Positions 36,598 to 49,396 are shown, numbered from the whole stretch's first letter. The stretch: DNA of 62,501 bases, filler included, from Rhabdomonas costata (GCA_019059605.1; 32 parts of 32 records of this genome joined end to end with filler, not necessarily neighbours in it); one strand, 5' to 3'. The notes: generated from the sequence alone by a model not told the origin. Made by a program: numbers and translations.

Positions 36598-37629
36598 CTG
36601 GACAAAAGCGAAGCAGCACTGGCGATAACACGACAAAAAAGCGACCAGGAGGGAGACGCCAACCCTATATTGGGTTGGCGCCTAGAAAAAAAGAAAGAAA
36701 GAAAAAAGAAAGAAAGAAACAGTCCTCAAAATTCCATTCTATGCCAAGTCAAGAGTTTCGAAAACCCCCAAATTCTCAAAAGTCCAACGTGAGACACTAC
36801 AAAGCTCCGTCTTACGTTCTAAAACCCCACCACTACGAGCCTCTTCAGAGGAAGTTGAAGGAACCAACATTTTGCATTATTCCAACAGGTTTGTTCCGTT
36901 TCGTTTTCGCAACTGTGCGTATTGCTAACGTGAATATCTTTTTGCATTTAATGTTTCTGCGGTGACACACAGTGAGCGTCATTGCACACCCGAGTCCTGA
37001 TTGAACGAAATGTACAGAACCTCCTCTGCCAACTTATGATCTTCTTGTAACACATTGAGCGACATCTTATGTCAAACACNNNNNNNNNNNNNNNNNNNNN
37101 NNNNNNNNNNNNNNNNNNNNNNNTTAATTAATTAANNNNNNNNNNNNNNNNNNNNNNNNNNNNNNNNNNNNNNNNNNNNCAGGCATCACTCCGTGGATGT
37201 GCAGTGGGGAAACCACGACATCGGTATGTGTGATGTGAAGCTGTTATGTTGGTAACTGTAATCTCTATGTCTATGTTGTGCACCAGCCGGCTGGTGACAG
37301 GTCGACTTTGCACGTCCCTGAGGCCAGAGAGGCTTTGCTTTTTGAACGGCTGGGGCTAGACACACCAAAACGCTGTACAGAGTACAACTAATGTATAACT
37401 CATTTTCACTTACCCCCACTGCCGCCACCACCCACCCGTCGCGTCGCCTCGAAAATATGAGCTGGGGGTTACATAACGCAATCATCATCCTGCCCTGCAG
37501 CGAACCTCTCTTCGCGGTGAATTCGACCGCATCTCGACCGCAGCCTTCTATTTGCCCTGAGTGGGATTTGAGTTGGCTGAGGTACTTGCCTTTCCACTAC
37601 CTCCTTACCGCACCCCTTTCTGGCTGTAG

Positions 37630-38275
37630 TGTGGCTGGGTGCCGCTGCGGGCTCTGACGTGTGCATCGCGAACAACATCCGGACGGCGCTGCGGTATTCC
37701 AACATGAAGACCCTCGAGGAAGGCTACGCCATCAGCATGCTCCCCTTGGCCTCCTTCGCCCAGGAGGTGCGTGCCTGTATGCTGAGAGGGGGGGGGTCAC
37801 TCTCCACATAGCGAATGGAAAGTGACGCACAGGAAGAGGCCAACAGCTCCTTCTTTGCTGTCACTGTAACAGGCAAAGAAAAAGACACGCATTCAGATAA
37901 GTATGGCATCAGCACTTCAAAAGCGACGCTGGCACCCACCTACACGCAGGAATATTGTGTGCATGACGTTGTTGCAGTGGCGTAGTTGCAGCCAAAGCGG
38001 GGAAACCATACCTTGCGCTGAGTTTTTTGTATCGCTTTCAGTCCTGTAATGGTTCAAATTCTCCCCTGGTGAAGATGGTCCCTGGTGAAGATGGTCCCTG
38101 GTGAAGATGGTCCGTGTTTTTTCTTTGCATCAGTCAAACCCCGATATTCATTCAGGTGTACCGGGATGACCCGTGCAAGGCATTCATCCCCAAGCCCTCC
38201 GAAGAGGTCTTCACGCCCAAGGAACGGGAGTTGATGGGAAAGATGCACAAGGCCATTGCCGTCATCCAGACGAAG
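37630..38275 (+). CDS. fbp: Class III (Firmicute-type) fructose-1,6-bisphosphatase, 2 internal exons
   Basis: Exons 37630-37766 and 38156-38275 splice in phase 0: WLGAAAGSDVCIANNIRTALRYSNMKTLEEGYAISMLPLASFAQEVYRDDPCKAFIPK...LMGKMHKAIAVIQTK, matching the class III pattern WMGAAAG...CIANVIR...RY.N...LE.GYGI.L.PLA.FA...Y.DDPC...KMHKAI.IIQFK. Confidence 0.88.
38064..38113. repeat. 16-bp tandem repeat x3 (CCCTGGTGAAGATGGT), intronic
   Basis: Three perfect adjacent copies. Confidence 0.95.
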
Positions 38276-41200
38276 GTGTGCCTTCGCGGGAGTTGCTTTG
38301 TTTCCCGCATTTTGGGGTTAATGGCATTTCCTTTGGAGCTTTTAAGGCAGGCTCCCCCAGTCCTATAGGAAAGTGCCATTCCAGATGTGTATTGGTGAGG
38401 TTGGGCCTGCTATAATATGTCAGCACACCACAGAGAACTTTTTCCCATTGGTTCTCCCCGCGCCTCTCTCCTGAGGGGGTGGGGTATGGACTGCATCTCT
38501 TCACCTCTGCCCCCGGTTGCCATGTGTCCACTCTCCTTCACTCCTCAGGCCTTGAGACAATGCATGTAATGTCCAATTTGTTATCTAAGCAGGAGTCCCA
38601 AAGTTTCGTATTTTTCCGACTTTAATATCTTTTCGTATTTGTTCGTATTTTTTTTTCATATTTTTTCGTACGAATACGAAAATATGGGGACCCCAACGGA
38701 GGAGAACATCAAGAAATCTGATCTGCCCTCAAAAGGTAGCCTCCTGGGAAGCAATATTATGTTAGAAGGCTTTTGCTCTCAGTTTGCATTAAATCGTGTG
38801 GTGGCAAGCAACAGTAAACGCTGTTCAAAATTATAAGCGATCGGAGTTGAGTGTTCGGATGTTGTTTTCACAAACAGCTACAACACACTTTCTTCCTTCC
38901 AAACGTTCCCATGTGAAGACCTCATCAGGCCCCATCTCACGTTTTTGATCGGAATGTTTCCGAAGTTCATTTTCAGAAACATCCGAAGAGAACGCTTACC
39001 ACTAGCGCTCCTCGCTGATCAATGTCCACCCAACCNNNNNNNNNNNNNNNNNNNNNNNNNNNNNNNNNNNNNNNNNNNNTTAATTAATTAANNNNNNNNN
39101 NNNNNNNNNNNNNNNNNNNNNNNNNNNNNNNNNNNTTTTGTGGGGAACCACATCTTCCCATTGTTGCTGCTCCTGGCTGCCGGACAGTTTCCTGCTTTTT
39201 GTTTTTGTCCGTTTTCTGCGGGAGCAGTGAAGGGGAGGGAATGCTTGAAATGATGGGGTCCTGGATTGCTGGTCGGAGGTTGATTGGAGGTCCCCACCCA
39301 TATCGTGTTTCCCGGTACTGCTTGGCAACCGTCCCGCCCCCCTCTGGCCTCTTTCCTATATTGTGCCACACCTTGCCTCCCGGTGAAACCGGAGGAGGGA
39401 GCTTTTACCTTTTTTGCTCTGCTTCTCGGCTCTCGGTTCTGGACTGGCTTTCTTTACATGGTTCCCTCATTTGCGGTCTCACAGGCTTGTTCCGGCGCTT
39501 CCTTCACGCGAACTTACTGCTGCGGAAGGTTTATGTGGGTTTGGTTGATCTGCCTCTCTTCCTTCCGTCGTGGCTTCCTGGCTTCCCTCCCCTTTCCTTC
39601 ATGCTGTGTTCTTGAGCGGTGGTGGTGACCCTGTGATGCCGTTTTTTCTGCCTGCTCTCCTTTTCGTTTTTTCTCGTAAAATGCTTTGCCGGGGTGTGCC
39701 GCTGCAGGTGCCGGGCTTTTTCCGCGGTGCCTTCCGTCTCCTCCAACCAAAACTGGCCATCGCGCTATGAAAGAAGGGGGGAGCTCATGTGGGTGGCCAC
39801 CCCTGAGCACTCTTTCGTCCTTCCTCTCCCCTTCAATCGGGCAGGCCTGTCCCGTAACCCCAGTATTCCCTTCACTTGCTTCACGTAAATATCGGGGCAT
39901 CGCCCGGTAGCGTCGCGCTCACTTACCGCAATCCCTTCTCCCACCTGCTTGGTGAATAGACCTTCACTGACCTGTCGTGCTGTTCCTGGGGTGCGGAATC
40001 GATGCGAGCGAGCGAGTGGATTGGTTTGCTCGTTATCCTGTGCGGTGGGCCGCGTGCAGTCTTGGTTACTGCTGACAGTCAGCGAGCGCGCTTGACACAC
40101 ATGATGAAGACCAAGCAATCTGATCGCGTCCGGTGAAAGGACCTTTGGGCCCGCTTCGGCTTTGCCCTCATAATGGTCCGGTGAAACCCTTTTACTTTGA
40201 GGGTTTGTTCCCTGTTTTGTGCGCAAACTGCTGTGATCGGAAGTGCTTGCTCCTGTGTTTTGTCACTTGGTCGAGCCCTCTCTCCGTGCCTCTTCCTCCC
40301 ACTTTGCGGGAACCGAGTCGGAGAGAGAGAGAGTACCCCTCGCTCAAGCCTCAGTGCCTTTTTCGTGGTTATTATATGGAGTGAATGCCCTCTCTCTTCT
40401 TGGCTCGTTCTGGTTCAGCTTCAGCTCCCCCCGCACTCCGGCACTCAACCACCCCGAGCCACTTTACAGGGCACCTCCAGCGTGTTCTTTGTTCCCCCGT
40501 CCCTCCAGAGACTGATACACACGAAACTTGATGCCCTCGTGCAAATGTACTGCCTCATCTTCCTTGCCCCTCCCCCCTCCTTTTTTGTTTCCCTTGGTGC
40601 GGACGCTATACTCATGATTAAGCGACTGCCTCTGCTACTTTCGAGAGGTTTCTTCCCTAAGTTTGGCTCCCCCTCGGATGTTTTACGCAGATTCCCTCGC
40701 ACTTCATGTTGAAAGGTCAGTTATGAGGCTCACGTGCGAATAGAGTTGCTGTGTATGCCAGCCATGTCCCAATCTCCAGGTCTGCCCCACCTTGGACAAT
40801 TTCCTGTCCAGAATGCTTGGACCTCTTGGACCACTGCCGCACCCAATCAGCCTCAACGCCGCTGAGAAGTTAACCCGGGCGGTGCCAGACGAAGCAGCAC
40901 GGCACCACGCCGTACGTACGAGCAAGTTAACGGCAGAGCAGAGCAGCAGGAGGTAGCAAAAGCGCACAAGCCAGGAACCCACAAAACCCCNNNNNNNNNN
41001 NNNNNNNNNNNNNNNNNNNNNNNNNNNNNNNNNNTTAATTAATTAANNNNNNNNNNNNNNNNNNNNNNNNNNNNNNNNNNNNNNNNNNNNAGAGATGAAC
41101 AGAGGCTCCTCAAGGAGCTGGATGCGCTGGAAGCATCATGGATGGCAAAGACTCGTAGTATGTCTCCCTGCTTCCTTGCGAAGGGATTTTTTGGCGTTCC

Positions 41201-42240
41201 GGTCGGCTTGCCGGTACGTCCTGCCTCCGTGACACGTTCTTGCGGTGCATCTGCGTTTGGTGCATCGCGTTTGCTCAAACTCGGTGTATCCTGTGTATTA
41301 TCTCTGGCTGGATGGTCTGAACTTTGATCCGTCAAGATGGTGGTCTTGTTTGAACTGTTGCCCCCCCCCCCGGTTTGTCTCCACAGCAAACAAGCATACA
41401 CTTTTGGTACATACCCTTTTGTTCCACAATATTGATTAAGTACCTCCAGCCGTGGGTGGTAAATGTCCGCGGTCAGGGTGATGGTTGCAGAGTCTAGGGG
41501 CGTCATACATTGGGCGCCCCTCCCCCTCGGCGCACTGCGTTGCGATCTCCACGCGGCACAGATGGGCACAGATGCATCGTTCCTTCCATAAGTTGTGGGT
41601 GCTGTCGAAAAACCTCCGCTACCAAGGGGCACCACAACCGGCCGAGGGTGAAAGGTCAGAAAATTTTAACCCCAAGGACCGGCCACACAGCGTTTCGGGA
41701 GCCCTGTTGTATGTACATAAGACCTCAGGCCTGCTTCGGCTCAGCCCATTAACCTATGAAGAGGGAGATCGCCCCTTTTGATCTTCCCTTCGAATCGTGC
41801 ATTGCTCTCTCGTCTACTATTAGAATCCCTGGTTTCGTTGCAATCGCCACCAAAAAGCGAGACCCGCTCGCTTTGCGCTTTTGAATACCCGGATCTGGGG
41901 CAGCTAATGTGAGTCCAGCAGGACAACATTTTTTTTTTACTCTTTTAACGTTTAATGTGATGTTGTGGGAAAATTCCTTGTTTTTCTGCATGTACACGTG
42001 TTTTTCGACAGACTGTGGGTCTATTTCAGCCGCATTTTTTTTTCCTTTTAATGGTGTAACTGTCGTTGACGCTTGCTCGCGGCGTTCGGCGTTTTGTGAT
42101 TCCTCGAGCAGTTTGCGATGGCTCGTGCTGTACGAGATGCCAAGGCGATGATGGTGTCTTTCGTGCTGCTGCTTGATGCTCCCTTTGAAACAACCATCTT
42201 GCTTATCTTGTGTATTTCTGGGTGATTTTTTCGATCTCAG

Positions 42241-42828
42241 GAGTCCCAGCGTGCGGTTGCGGCCGCGGACCCAAACCGCCAAGCGGATCATCTTGTGGAC
42301 GTTCTCAAGGGCAAGCTTCTCAAGCAGAAGGAGGAGCTGGTGGGCCCACTCGCACATATTGTAACACTCCTGTGTTTTAGGCCCAATTTGCGGTTAACGG
42401 TTACGGTAAATTGGCTTTAAAGTTCTGCTAAATTAACTGGAAAGGGGTTGGGTAAAACGTGCCAGCACCCTGGAAATGACTTAATATTAGTAGGTGCTAG
42501 TGCTCCTTAGATGAGTATGGTTTTGTTTGTCACAGGAGAACCGCACGGACTCGATCAATGCTATTCAGCGGAACTTTGAGCAGCTGTCCAGGTTGTACTC
42601 TGGTGAGAAGTCAGAGTTCGAAAAACTCAAGGGGATGCTGAAGCAGGCCATGGCGGTGTGCCTCACCCTTCTGATTGTAATGATCTGCACAACTGTATTA
42701 GTGATTCTGACGGGATGGGGGTCGGGGGTGCTCAGGAGATTGAAGACTTGAGGGCGCAGGTGAAGCTGAACAACGTTGTCCGTGCTGAGTTTGAGCGCGT
42801 GTCCTCGGAATACGCCTCTTTTAGGCAG
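42241..42828 (+). CDS. Coiled-coil protein, 3 phase-0 exons
   Basis: Exons 42241-42339, 42536-42655 and 42736-42828 (HLVDVLKGKLLKQKEEL/ENRTDSINAIQRNFEQL.../EIEDLRAQVKLNNVVRAEFERV); another probable exon lies at the contig start (41091). Confidence 0.75.
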
Positions 42829-43891
42829 GTTCAGTTTGTTCAGTTTTAGAAGTCACGTCCTCCCCAAGACACGTTTTGTAAAATCCATAGTACAACGCGA
42901 AATTATTAGTGTCAGCGAAGCCCCGAGAAGAAGCCAACGAAATCCTNNNNNNNNNNNNNNNNNNNNNNNNNNNNNNNNNNNNNNNNNNNNTTAATTAATT
43001 AANNNNNNNNNNNNNNNNNNNNNNNNNNNNNNNNNNNNNNNNNNNNGGGTGCTGTCTCCTGCTTCCTGTTGCGTGCGATATGCCCGCACTTGCCCCCTCG
43101 CGCAACCCGCTGCCTTCCTGCTGCGGTTTGATTTGTTTGCTTTCGCTTTGGTTTTCAGATGCTGACAAGCTTAATGAGCGAATAGCCAGAGCCCCTTAGT
43201 CCGTTGGTTTTGTTCATACACATACTTCGAGACGGCACCTCTCGCGAGCACCAGCGGCCAACAGCGCGTGCGCCAGTCAGTTCATAGTGGTCACAAAAAA
43301 AAGCAACCAGGCAACCAGGCAACAGCCAGCGCGCAACACACACTTCGAGGCATCAGCTTACCTACCAGGATTGAGTTTAGGGTTCCCTGGCAGCGGTCAG
43401 CATTGTTAGCAGAATACAAAGGAGCTTGTCGAGCGGCACGGATGAAAGTTTGCGCTGGTTTAGGAGCAAGGGGAGGTTTGCAAAGGGAGGTTACATAGAT
43501 ACGCTGCGCGAGGACAAGCAGAGAAGCATGACTGAGGTGGTGGGATAACCTTCATGGTGTTTATTGCAAATCGACACGAAAAAAGTGAAGACGGGCTATT
43601 CATCCGAAAGAACCAGGTTCGGAAGATGCGCGAGCAGTCTTACTCGCCAAACACCGAGAACTCTGGTGCGCAAAGTCGCCAAAACCTTGTCCAAATAATT
43701 GTGATTTGGAACAGTAGTAAATACAGTTTTTATGCACCTAATCGGGTTGGCAAGTGTTTTCTATGGAACACCCTCGCAATTGCTGAGTCGTTTCCTGAAT
43801 TTTGAGTTCTCCAATTTAAGTGTCCACCTGAACACATTGGGGTGAATATCATTTTCCATCTGCGTTTTTTTTCATAGATTTACCTTTTGAA

Positions 43892-44689
43892 ATGGGGGTG
43901 TTTGATTGGCGCTGTATTGGGCATGGAGTCGCTGCCAACCTTGTAGTCAATACTCTAGGCTGGGCTGCCTCCTGTGCTTACTCCACGGACCTCCTGTACG
44001 ACGCTTTTGGGGCTCTCGCGCACGTTTCCACCGTGATATGCTGCATGGGTTGCACTCCTCACGTGCTTACTTTTCCAGTTTTGGTCGCGGGAGGGATGGT
44101 TATCACCTGGGCAATTCGGTTGGGAAGCTTTCTGCTCCTTCGGATCCTGGCGCGTGGGGGGGATGATCGACTGGCGGCCTTTAAGAACAAGCCCGTCAAG
44201 TTTGGAGTACTCTGGCTCCTGCAGGCTGTGTGGGTGGCAAACAACTGCGCCCCTTTGCTTGCCATGCTGGGATCAGGCCCAAAAGCTGCTGCGCTCGGCT
44301 GGTTTGACCTGGTGGCGATGACCGTCTGGGTTGGAGGCTTCTTGATCGAAACTATTGCAGACGAGCAAAAGCGTCGTTTCCGTGTCAAACCGACCAACGG
44401 GGGCCAGTTTATCCGCACCGGACTCTGGGCGCGAAGCCGGCACCCCAATTACTTCGGAGAGATTGTACTCTGGGTTGGTTTCGCCCTTTTTTGCGCCCCT
44501 CGGGTTGGGGTTGGGACCCACTCCCTTCTAAGCCTCACTCTTCTCTCTCCCCTTCTTCCCGCGGTGCTTCTTCTGAAGGTGAGCGGGGTTCCCCTGCTGG
44601 AGAGCAAGGCGAGGCGGAAGTGGGGGTCGGATCCTGAGTTTCAGCAGTACCTTCAACGCACTCCTGTACTGGTGCCTCGTTTAATGTGA
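43892..44689 (+). CDS. DUF1295 / steroid 5-alpha-reductase-like membrane protein, complete and intronless
   Basis: 265-aa ORF with WAIRLGSFL..RI, D.R, ETIADEQK, GLWARSRHPNYFGE and SGVPLLE motifs; TGA stop. Confidence 0.93.
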   Translation: MGVFDWRCIGHGVAANLVVNTLGWAASCAYSTDLLYDAFGALAHVSTVICCMGCTPHVLTFPVLVAGGMVITWAIRLGSFLLLRILARGGDDRLAAFKNKPVKFGVLWLLQAVWVANNCAPLLAMLGSGPKAAALGWFDLVAMTVWVGGFLIETIADEQKRRFRVKPTNGGQFIRTGLWARSRHPNYFGEIVLWVGFALFCAPRVGVGTHSLLSLTLLSPLLPAVLLLKVSGVPLLESKARRKWGSDPEFQQYLQRTPVLVPRLM

Positions 44690-45045
44690 GCAGTTTGCGT
44701 TCCCCGTCACGTTTTCAAACTCTAAGGGTGTTGGCCGTCCAATTCTTTGCAGGAAGGACCAGGTCAGAAATCAGTCTTTCAGCTCGTAATTGCAGCCATG
44801 TCCTGTGGCGAAAACTGCTTAATGTCCCAAACTTGTTTTCGCCACAGGACATGGGTGCAATTACGAGCTGAAAGACTGATTTCTGACCTGGTCCACCCCA
44901 CANNNNNNNNNNNNNNNNNNNNNNNNNNNNNNNNNNNNNNNNNNNNTTAATTAATTAANNNNNNNNNNNNNNNNNNNNNNNNNNNNNNNNNNNNNNNNNN
45001 NNTGGGGGTAGAAGTCCACCTCAGCGTGGAAGTTGTGGTAAATCA

Positions 45046-45900
45046 GGCTACCACATCACGATTTACCACAACTTCCACGCTGAGGTGGACTTCTACCGCC
45101 CCCACCACTGGAGGTGCTCCCGCTGCGGCTCTCTGGTCAAGCGGGCGATGAACCGGCTCCCATCGGAAAAGGACTGTAGGGCATACCGCCGGGATGGCAG
45201 TGGGTGGGTCTCCGACCCCTCTCCAACCGCTAACCGCTGCGGGGACTCTAGCTGTTTCTGGCACAACCATGCCCGACTTTGTGGTGGGGAGTGGATCAAG
45301 CGCGAGACTCCAGCTCTTCTGGAGGCTTCCGCTAAGAAAAAGGGCAAATCTATTGTCGGGACTAAGTCACCTGCACCCAGTCGCCAAGGAACTACTCTGC
45401 CAGCTTATACGGATCACCGCCACCCTCTTCAAGACCTTCCTTCAGGCCATCATAATGCTAAAGATGTTAAAAGTCTCAGGATAAAGACGCCACTGGATGC
45501 GGCAGGCTTGCCAGCGGTTCCAACGGGCGCAAGCTCCTCCGCTGCCGATGGCTCCAGCTGCTCCCGTGAGAAGTTGCCTTCCACCCCACCGCATGGAAAG
45601 AAGCGGACGCAGCGTCAGCTGTCGCTGGACGAGTGCATCGCCACTCCCCCCTCGAAAGGTCGTCCCCGGAATCCCCGGGTTTCCGATGATATCATTGATG
45701 TGGACAGGGACCCAACTCTGGCTGAGGAGGTGCCTTCACGCAGAGCGGTCAGCGCAGCCCTTTACCGTCGACTGGTTCAGGAGATCCTCGCAATGGGCTT
45801 TCCACACAGTGAGGCCAGGGTCACTGCGGCAGTGGAGGCGGCCAGCGGAGAGGCCGACACGGCCGTGGGGCTTCTACTGCATTCCTCTGCGGATGGGTGA
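45046..45900 (+). CDS. SPRTN/Spartan-like DNA-protein crosslink protease, C-terminal part with a UBA-like domain
   Basis: ITIYHNFHAEVDFYRPHHWRC..CG.LVKRAMNR.PS..D...WHNHARLCGGEWIK (SprT zinc-binding subdomain); C-terminal ILAMGF...AAVEAASGEADTAVGLLL; TGA stop. Confidence 0.88.
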   Translation, partial: GYHITIYHNFHAEVDFYRPHHWRCSRCGSLVKRAMNRLPSEKDCRAYRRDGSGWVSDPSPTANRCGDSSCFWHNHARLCGGEWIKRETPALLEASAKKKGKSIVGTKSPAPSRQGTTLPAYTDHRHPLQDLPSGHHNAKDVKSLRIKTPLDAAGLPAVPTGASSSAADGSSCSREKLPSTPPHGKKRTQRQLSLDECIATPPSKGRPRNPRVSDDIIDVDRDPTLAEEVPSRRAVSAALYRRLVQEILAMGFPHSEARVTAAVEAASGEADTAVGLLLHSSADG

Positions 45901-47443
45901 TAGCGGCTGTCTTGGGCATTTTAATGGTGGGCCTTCTTGGGGAGTGTATTTTCGTGTGGAACTCGATTGTCGATGCCTGCCCCTCTGAAAAATGTACAGA
46001 AAATCAACTGCAGCCCGATTTGCTCATTCGAAACAATGCACAAGAGTGCCGCCTACGTCCCGCCTACCGGTGCTGAACACGAGGTGAAGGCTCTGTTTGA
46101 CTGGGGTGAATTGCTCTGCAATAGTCGCTGATCAGTTGGATCCATTGAAAACCTGCACCAGTGTGTGTAATTCGTTTGTGTGCCGTAGTTGGGTTGATAT
46201 GGCCGAGGGGTGGTTGCGAGCACTTTGCATGCTTATCGGCGGGAGTCGGTTGGGCCTCCACAGAGAAAGGTGGTTATTCTGAAGTGATTGAATCTTATGG
46301 CTTTCTTTGACAATGCAGCAGGCCGTACTCCCGTGACAACACCACGGTTGAAATAATAGAGAGTATGTCTCAGTGGATCTCAGTGGCAGTGTGTTTGTTG
46401 TTCTCCAGAGCTTTCCGCTGTGCATTCCAAGCTTTGCTCCCTGTGCTCTTGTTCATCTTTGCTTTGCTTGTCTTGCTATCCCATTATCATACACCCCCCC
46501 CCCGTCGTGTACAAAATGGACCATGTCGTTCTCCCAATCCTTCCGGAGATTCCCGGTCGACGTCCTTCTCTGCACTCCATCTCAAGGCAAGCAGCCTCCC
46601 CTTCTCCCTCCCTCTCGAGTCAATGACCAAATCCAAGAAACAAAACTGTGAATGGCTCGCAACTTTCGACGCAAAAAGCAAATCACGCTGGGATATCATC
46701 CATTCCCATCACAGTCACACACACACTCACAGACTCATCGCACACCCTTAGCGAAACATCTCTTGCTTCAGGTGTTTTACGACGTAACCTAATGCCCAAA
46801 ATTGCACTTCCCACCACCAACCACCAACTCTCGGACCGACCATTATACCAACCCACCNNNNNNNNNNNNNNNNNNNNNNNNNNNNNNNNNNNNNNNNNNN
46901 NTTAATTAATTAANNNNNNNNNNNNNNNNNNNNNNNNNNNNNNNNNNNNNNNNNNNNTGTGTTGCGTGAGTTTGGTGTGGTTGTTGGGGTGGTTCTGGGT
47001 CGTTTACAGCACAAATAACCTTTTCCCTCCTTCTCATCTTTCATAGCTGAAAGACTTTTGAATACCCCGTTTAGTGGAGTTAATCCTCGTGTGCTGGGGC
47101 TTGCCTTGTACAGTTTGCTCAACACTTTTAAGGGGAAGTGGAAGGGGCGACACGGCGTGGATAAAAACGGGCACAGAAAATTTGGTGCCAACAAACTCTT
47201 CGCCTCCTCTATCGCCTCCTCTATCCCATAACTATCCGTCGCCCCACACAGGAAGGTATCAATGGTGATGCGCAGCACTCTGGTTAGAAGGACGTTGGAC
47301 GAAATTTAGAGGGACGGGACACACAAGAGAGAGCAGAAATGCACAGCATTAACAAGGATCCCATACCTTCTCTGCCCACGTGCGCGCAGTTAGCACACGA
47401 GTAAGCCATACAAACGCACGCACTCAAGCTGGGGCACACAGAC

Positions 47444-48767
47444 CTCTCCTTTCTCGTTGACTGGCCGGGGGTCGACGATTCCCAGCTCCTTCTTCCGGCG
47501 CTTTTCGGCCTCCTCCGCCGCGGCCTTGGCCTTCAGCGCCTGCACCCCCAGCCGGGCCTCCTCGCTGTCCTGGTGCGCGCGAATCCGCTCGCTCTGCTTG
47601 ATCTCCGCGGAGTCCAGCTCGGTGAGCTGCGGCAGCACATCGATGACGTAGCTGCGGTACCCCGCGGCGGAGGTGCAGGGGTTCCCCGTGAGGTGCAGGC
47701 TGCGGAGGTTGGGGTTGGCGGCGAGGTTCTCAATCGAGGTCAGGTCAGCGACGAAGTTCAGGGTGAGGTCGAGCTTTTTTAAGCTCTCCAGGCCCTCGAG
47801 GTTCTCTACGACGGTGATGTTGTTCACGGCGAGGTTGAGATACCACAGGTACTTCAGATGGAATAGGTTCTCAATTTTGCTACGGGTTGGTTGGACAAAC
47901 AACAGTCGGGGCAGAGGGATCGTGAACATGATTGCATCCGCCGGCGCATTTGAGGGCCCAGTGATTACGATACATGGTTCGCAGGGGGTTGCAGGGGTTT
48001 TTGACTGCACTCAGGGATTGACATTGGCGATTCACAAACAGGGGGGGGGGTACTCAAATGTACAGGTCGATACTCAACTGTAGGTACAAAAGTGCTTTGG
48101 AGGATAGTGTAATGTGAACTCCCCGGGCAGAGCTGCTCAATACGCACGCAATAACCTACAGCAACAGACCGAAAAAGGCACTAAAAACTGTGCGCTCCAA
48201 GGAGAACGGTATCTGGAACAAAACGAATGGACGAATGGACACATCATCATCTGCCCATCTGGCCGGGGGTGTATCCCCCCCCTACAAACTGAATAACACC
48301 CCGACACCACTCCCACAATTGTTGCCTGAAAAATTTAATCAATCACCGTCCGTTGCAGGTATTTTTTTTGTTTCAACAATTCAAGCAAAGGCAGCTTGGC
48401 AAATCCTCACTGTTTTTCGATCAACGGAGAATTGAATTAAGCAATGTGGGATCCACTTGCACTCTGGCCGATTCCAAATACATGCTGTTCACTCCGCAAT
48501 CAGAATGACTGCTTTTATTTTTGTGGCAGCCTTCGGGATGTCGAACTCACACAAACAGATGGGGGGTGGGAGACCCCTCACACTGCCGCAAGCAGACCTG
48601 ATGAGATTGTTTTGGAGGTACAGGATCTCCAACTCCCTGCAGTGGTCGTTGATGAGGTAGATCCTCTCAAGGTCCTGCTGGTGCAAGGTGAGCTCCTTGA
48701 GGTCGCGAAGGCACCCCTCATTGTGCTCAGCCCGCCTTCGCAGAAGGTCTAGTGTGATGAATGGCAT
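47444..48767 (-). CDS. DNAAF11: LRRC6/DNAAF11 (TilB) dynein-arm assembly factor, first 2 exons
   Basis: Exons 48767-48598 and 47879-47444: MPFITLDLLRRRAEHNEGCLRDLKELTLHQQDLERI...CRELEILYLQNNLISKIENL...LDLTLNFV...HLTGNPCT...YRSYVI..LPQL..LD..EI..SERI. Confidence 0.95.
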
Positions 48768-49396
48768 GCCAAAGCAGAAGCAGAAGTTGAAGGTCTGGCA
48801 TGCCACCACCACNNNNNNNNNNNNNNNNNNNNNNNNNNNNNNNNNNNNNNNNNNNNTTAATTAATTAANNNNNNNNNNNNNNNNNNNNNNNNNNNNNNNN
48901 NNNNNNNNNNNNGGGGGTTTGTGTTGTTAAAGGGCCCCCAGGTCACGTCCCCGCCCCAGCCGCCCGCTCTGGCCGCCGCGCCGCTGGCCTTCGCACCGAA
49001 ACTATTGCTGTCCTACTCGTCCGCCCATATCCCACTGGCGAGTCCTTAGCCAGCAGTAGTTTTCAGCTGCTAAAAAACAATCATCAAGGGGGCACTGGCA
49101 AAGCTTACCTAACCCCCTTACACAAAAATACAGTCATTTCGAGAGCGGTGGCATACTTTACGTCACCCCTTTAAGTTAATTTAACAAAAAAAAGAAATTC
49201 TAAGCCAGTTTTCTGTTACCCCCCCCCTCCAAACCATTGGGCAAAAAGTCTTAGACAACAGCGAACCATTTAGCTGTGTTCCCCTTTTAAGGATCAAACC
49301 AACCTGCCGTCAACCGAATCCAAATCACACCGAAAAACCAACCACATTTGCATTTCCTTGGAGGTGCAGTGCAACGCATCGGGAAGGGTGGCGCAC

